Shown one piece after another: positions 21,120 to 24,549 of a stretch of 24,549 nucleotides of DNA. Each line of letters opens with the position of its first letter. The stretch's first letter is position 1. The position numbers and the translations under genes were made by a program. The stretch is from a virus. Its lineage: Duplodnaviria; Caudoviricetes. The notes under the pieces are model-generated. The model did not search any database. It saw only the letters and a program-made list of their open reading frames with translations, and was not told the origin of the DNA. The stretch is from the IMG/VR virus record IMGVR_UViG_3300037498_000015, positions 1 through 24,549 of that record. One strand, 5' to 3'.

Positions 21120-21662
21120 TTATGCAGTCGCGCCAGTTGCACCAGTTACACCAGTTGCTCCAGTTGCTCCAGTTGCTCCAGTTGCTCCAGTTGCTCCGGT
21201 CGCTCCACTGATTGCTTTTTGCATTACAAACATACGGAACAAGGAAGTATCGGCAGCTGCATTTTCCATTGCTACACCAACGATTGTATTACTTGCAGTT
21301 TGAGTCGCAAATTTCTTTGTATCATAAGCGTATTGAAGTGAGGCACCAGCGGTGATTGGCGCGGCTGCTTCTACAATTACGATAGAACCAAGAACGGCAA
21401 TTCCCACTTTGTCGCCACTGTAGAAAGTTTCTTTTAGTGGGTTAGTCAAGATCACACCAAAATAAGCTGATGTTAGTCCTGTACCCTTGATAACTTTAGT
21501 AACGTTTGGCGCTACTGTCGAACCGATACAAACCATCTCGCCTGCTACGAAAGCAGTTGTAGATGAAGCGTCATAGAGTTCAACTTCTAAAACAGTGCCG
21601 AGGCCACTATCTTTAGAGCCCTTTACTGTCGACATTCTAAATTGATTTTGATTCAAAGCCAT
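21120..21662 (-). CDS. Capsid decoration/cement protein with C-terminal (GXT)9 collagen-like tail
   Basis: Lies between scaffold and capsid. G-x-V-x-VEAAAPITAG...IVGVAMENAAA is cement-like. Ends S(GAT)6 GVT GAT GAT A. Confidence 0.75.
   Translation of the reverse strand: MALNQNQFRMSTVKGSKDSGLGTVLEVELYDASSTTAFVAGEMVCIGSTVAPNVTKVIKGTGLTSAYFGVILTNPLKETFYSGDKVGIAVLGSIVIVEAAAPITAGASLQYAYDTKKFATQTASNTIVGVAMENAAADTSLFRMFVMQKAISGATGATGATGATGATGATGVTGATGATA
21151..21195. repeat. Perfect tandem repeat (ccagttgct)x5
   Basis: Read directly from the sequence, flanked by degenerate copies. Confidence 0.95.
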
Positions 21663-21687
21663 TGTTATTCTCTCCCTTTGTCCTTAG

Positions 21688-22710
21688 TTATTTTTTTGAT
21701 CCGTATTTAGACTTACCTAGTTCGACTCTTTCATGTACAGACAAGAATTCCACTTGATCAATCGCTTTACCATTTTTGTGAAGTTCGTCAAGCTCGTTAA
21801 AACGTGAGTTTTTCTTTGCTTTCTCTTCCTTCTCTTCTTCTTTTTTAGTCTCTTCTTCTTCGCTTTCAGCGTTCTTTTTGGCTTCTTCTTCTTTCTTCTT
21901 TTCTTCTTCGGCTTCGTTCTCTCTCTTTTTGTCTTCTTCTTCTTTTTCGAGAGAAGCTTTTTTCAGATTTTTATAGGCATCAACCAGCTCATTGACTGAC
22001 ATTTTTTCGCCGTCAACGTCCACTTCGTTACACTTTGCCTCTTCTTTTGCATTGAGTTTGATTTGCTCAATTGCTTCTTTCAAAGGTAACTCTTTGCCGT
22101 CCACTTCAACGGTATATTCTTCATTAGAATTTACCATTACTTCTTCTTTTTGGATGATCTTTTTGAATAGCTTGCCAATCATGCTTATGCTCTCCTTTTT
22201 TTCTACGTTAATAATATTATCAATATTGTCATTGTTATGTCTATCTTTAGAATTGCAAAAAATTGGATTGAAAGCCATTTCATATCTAGGATTCTTTACA
22301 ATCGCCAAATGTTCATATTTTGCCTCAATAACTTCCTTGTCGTAGGGGCAATTATTAAACGTCCCTCCACTCGCATATTTCTGGCCTATCCAAGCTGTAG
22401 AGACACCATAACCTTGTTGTAGAAGCTTGACTGCTTCATCGTCTTCAATCACGAAATGAGCGTACCAAGTTTCTGAGCTATCATCATAATGCATATCTGC
22501 GACTCTGCCAACCACTCGTAACCTGTCGATGTTCTCGGTCGTGATTTTTTCTTCAGGGTGCTCAATTACCACTGGAACGCCCTGAATAGTTGGAGCCATA
22601 TTTTGCAATGATTCTTTTGTGACTAAAATAGTTTCCTTGTCGTATTTACACAAGCCCGAACGCATACAAGGCATCTTGATAACTTTGCCCACTGTTAAAG
22701 TCTGACCCAT
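21688..22710 (-). CDS. DUF2213-type prohead protease with C-terminal E/K-rich scaffold
   Basis: G-x-PVVIEHP, VVGRV, GVS-x-A and HLAIVKNPRY motifs, plus a highly charged C-terminal coiled coil. Confidence 0.82.
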   Translation of the reverse strand: MGQTLTVGKVIKMPCMRSGLCKYDKETILVTKESLQNMAPTIQGVPVVIEHPEEKITTENIDRLRVVGRVADMHYDDSSETWYAHFVIEDDEAVKLLQQGYGVSTAWIGQKYASGGTFNNCPYDKEVIEAKYEHLAIVKNPRYEMAFNPIFCNSKDRHNNDNIDNIINVEKKESISMIGKLFKKIIQKEEVMVNSNEEYTVEVDGKELPLKEAIEQIKLNAKEEAKCNEVDVDGEKMSVNELVDAYKNLKKASLEKEEEDKKRENEAEEEKKKEEEAKKNAESEEEETKKEEEKEEKAKKNSRFNELDELHKNGKAIDQVEFLSVHERVELGKSKYGSKK

Positions 22711-22720
22711 TTCCCCTCCT

Positions 22721-23728
22721 CTAGAATTCTATGATTGGGATCGCGACACACCGGCAGTTGTAATCGCAGCCCGGATTTTCAGGTACTCCAGTATTAAAAT
22801 AGCTGGCATCAGGAGGTTGATCAAAGCTAAACGTCTTACCATTAAGATCATCGTGCTTATCTCTCACTCGATTGTCACCTACTGTTCGCCATATGTATTT
22901 GTCGATCCCTGCTTGTTTATATTGTATCTCTTTAAAGTTAGAAATCAAAAGACTAGTTTCTTGACGTGCGATGAATTTACAACGTCCTGCGGATATATCT
23001 AGTTCATTACTTATGAGCTCTCGCATTCCTTTTCGAGTACCGCCCTTTGATATGTGGCCCGATACTTTGATCCTCAACTTTTCGACTTCTTCCTGTGCAA
23101 AGTTCTCGACGTATGCTTTGGTACGATCCTCAAAATCACGCAAAAGAACCTTCCTTATGGGCAGATCCTCACTCTCGAAGTATTCTTTTTTGAGGATCTG
23201 CCTCCCACCTTTGCCAATATCCGGCGTGATAGATATGGCATCGCCTACATTGCGTTTGAATTCTCGACTGACTCTATCTATTCCAGCCAAGCCAAGATCG
23301 GCTATTTCGAGGCTTTGGATCATCTTAGAGACCGTGCTCGGCATCCCTGTAATAGCTTGATTCATCTTTGCATCAATTATTTTCATCGCTTTTTGATTTG
23401 ATGCAATTGCTTGTTGTAGATTAGTCGGTAGGGAGGGTGACGCTATACGCCAAAAACCACGGGTAAACTTCCCCCCGAGAGCCCTAATTTCTTTCGATAT
23501 CGCTGCGCTGATCTCGCCTTTGAACGTGCCCATTGTAAACTGTACTTTGCCGCTTTTCAGTGCGGTTTCAAGCGGACTAGTCTTAGCGTTGTCCTTGCGA
23601 TCTATATCTGACATCGTATCGATTAGAGGGGCGAAAATAGCTGCTATGATCAATTGCAGTAATACCCTTTCGAGTTCTCTCGAATCCGAGTCTTTGACTA
23701 TGATCGGTTTTAATAGCTTTCTTGCCAT
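22721..23728 (-). CDS. Head morphogenesis protein (SPP1 gp7 / Mu F family)
   Basis: IARQET, YIWRTVGDNRVRDKH and PGCDYNCRC motifs. Confidence 0.9.
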   Translation of the reverse strand: MARKLLKPIIVKDSDSRELERVLLQLIIAAIFAPLIDTMSDIDRKDNAKTSPLETALKSGKVQFTMGTFKGEISAAISKEIRALGGKFTRGFWRIASPSLPTNLQQAIASNQKAMKIIDAKMNQAITGMPSTVSKMIQSLEIADLGLAGIDRVSREFKRNVGDAISITPDIGKGGRQILKKEYFESEDLPIRKVLLRDFEDRTKAYVENFAQEEVEKLRIKVSGHISKGGTRKGMRELISNELDISAGRCKFIARQETSLLISNFKEIQYKQAGIDKYIWRTVGDNRVRDKHDDLNGKTFSFDQPPDASYFNTGVPENPGCDYNCRCVAIPIIEF

Positions 23729-24549
23729 TATATCCGTTGACCTCTACCGCCTTCTGTCTGTGCTTTCTCGCCAAGTCCTTCGGCTCCCATTATGCTTGCT
23801 CGGTCCTCAAGTGTTAGTGACTCCTCACTGGGGAGCTCTATGCCAAACACTTTTTCAGTGTTTAGAATCTCTACTGCTTTCTCATTAGTTATGATGCCAT
23901 TTAAAAATGCTGATATCACTCTATTGATTGAGTCAGTTTTCAATACTGAAACCTCTTGTGAGCTCTGTTCTCTAAGTGGTTTCCATTCAAAATTGACGTT
24001 ATCAGGGATGTAATCAAACAATTTTTTGCATAATATTTTGATCATCAGGATCAACCCAGACTTGACCTTTGACCTAATGTCGGTCTCAACCATCGAGTTG
24101 TAATTCTCGATTTCTTCTTCACCGCTTGCATTTAGTCCGCCCGGTGATATGCCAAATAGTTTAGTCATCGGCATCCGTAGGTCGCAGGCGAGCCCTATCC
24201 TGATCTCATTTAAAATATCAGATAGTCCGCCAAAATTAATTGTCTTTTGCTCGTAGTCGTCTTGCTTATCTATCACAAGAGCGTTTTGGAAGTTCTTGAC
24301 CTGTGCTGCCATTCCTATCCTCTCGGCTGTCTTTTGTGCGCCTTTGGAGGATGCAATGGCTACGTTAAAACCCTCTATTTTCATAACGTCGATCTTAGCT
24401 TCGTCGAGTAGTTCAAAAGTTACATTTTGATGTTTGAGATACTGGTTAAAGGATCTGACCACTTTTTCTAGTTCGCTCATTCCCCAGCCGCTAAACTGAC
24501 CACGCAAAAGAGAGGGAGGATTCTTGCCCATCAACTAGATCACGTTCGT
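23728..24549 (-). CDS. Portal protein (DUF1073 / anti-CBASS Acb1-like annotated family), 5'-truncated by the window; in-frame TAG at 24537-24535
   Basis: GWGMSEL, FGGLSDIL, MPMTKLFGISPGGLNASGE and NYNSMV motifs. The frame continues to the window edge as TNVI*LMGK. Confidence 0.82.

Noticed and set aside
8235-24013. Short plus-strand and nested ORFs in the track (e.g. 11157..11561, 18931..19257, 22971..23360)
   Set aside because: They overlap well-supported minus-strand structural genes and have no recognisable motifs.
23728-24549. Anti-CBASS (Acb1) function
   Set aside because: DUF1073 portals often inherit this label, but only portal motifs are visible and no HxT phosphoesterase domain is present in this part.

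Overview
This window is the virion structural (late) gene module of a tailed phage or prophage with a short contractile tail, encoded almost entirely on the minus strand. From the right end the order is: DUF1073-type portal (partial), SPP1 gp7-like head morphogenesis protein, DUF2213 protease/scaffold, capsid decoration protein, major capsid, neck and connector genes, DUF3383-type sheath, tube, frameshifted tail chaperones, short tape measure, baseplate genes and two paralogous 229-aa fibre-base proteins. Next come an adaptor, a 1193-aa Gly-X-Thr collagen-like fibre, two Cys-rich RCC1 propellers, a GT9-like glycosyltransferase, a small membrane protein and a DUF1353/PLA2-like protein. A partial Fis-type HTH gene converges from the left edge. 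The most notable candidate system is a virion-modification/adhesion cassette: an atypical GT9-like enzyme (GGIGR where GT9 enzymes have GD) lies directly behind two RCC1 propellers carrying a CCNY motif in most blades and a Thr-collagen fibre, and the same GXT repeat is appended to the capsid decoration protein. Family assignments come from motif recognition and synteny by eye; no database searches were run.
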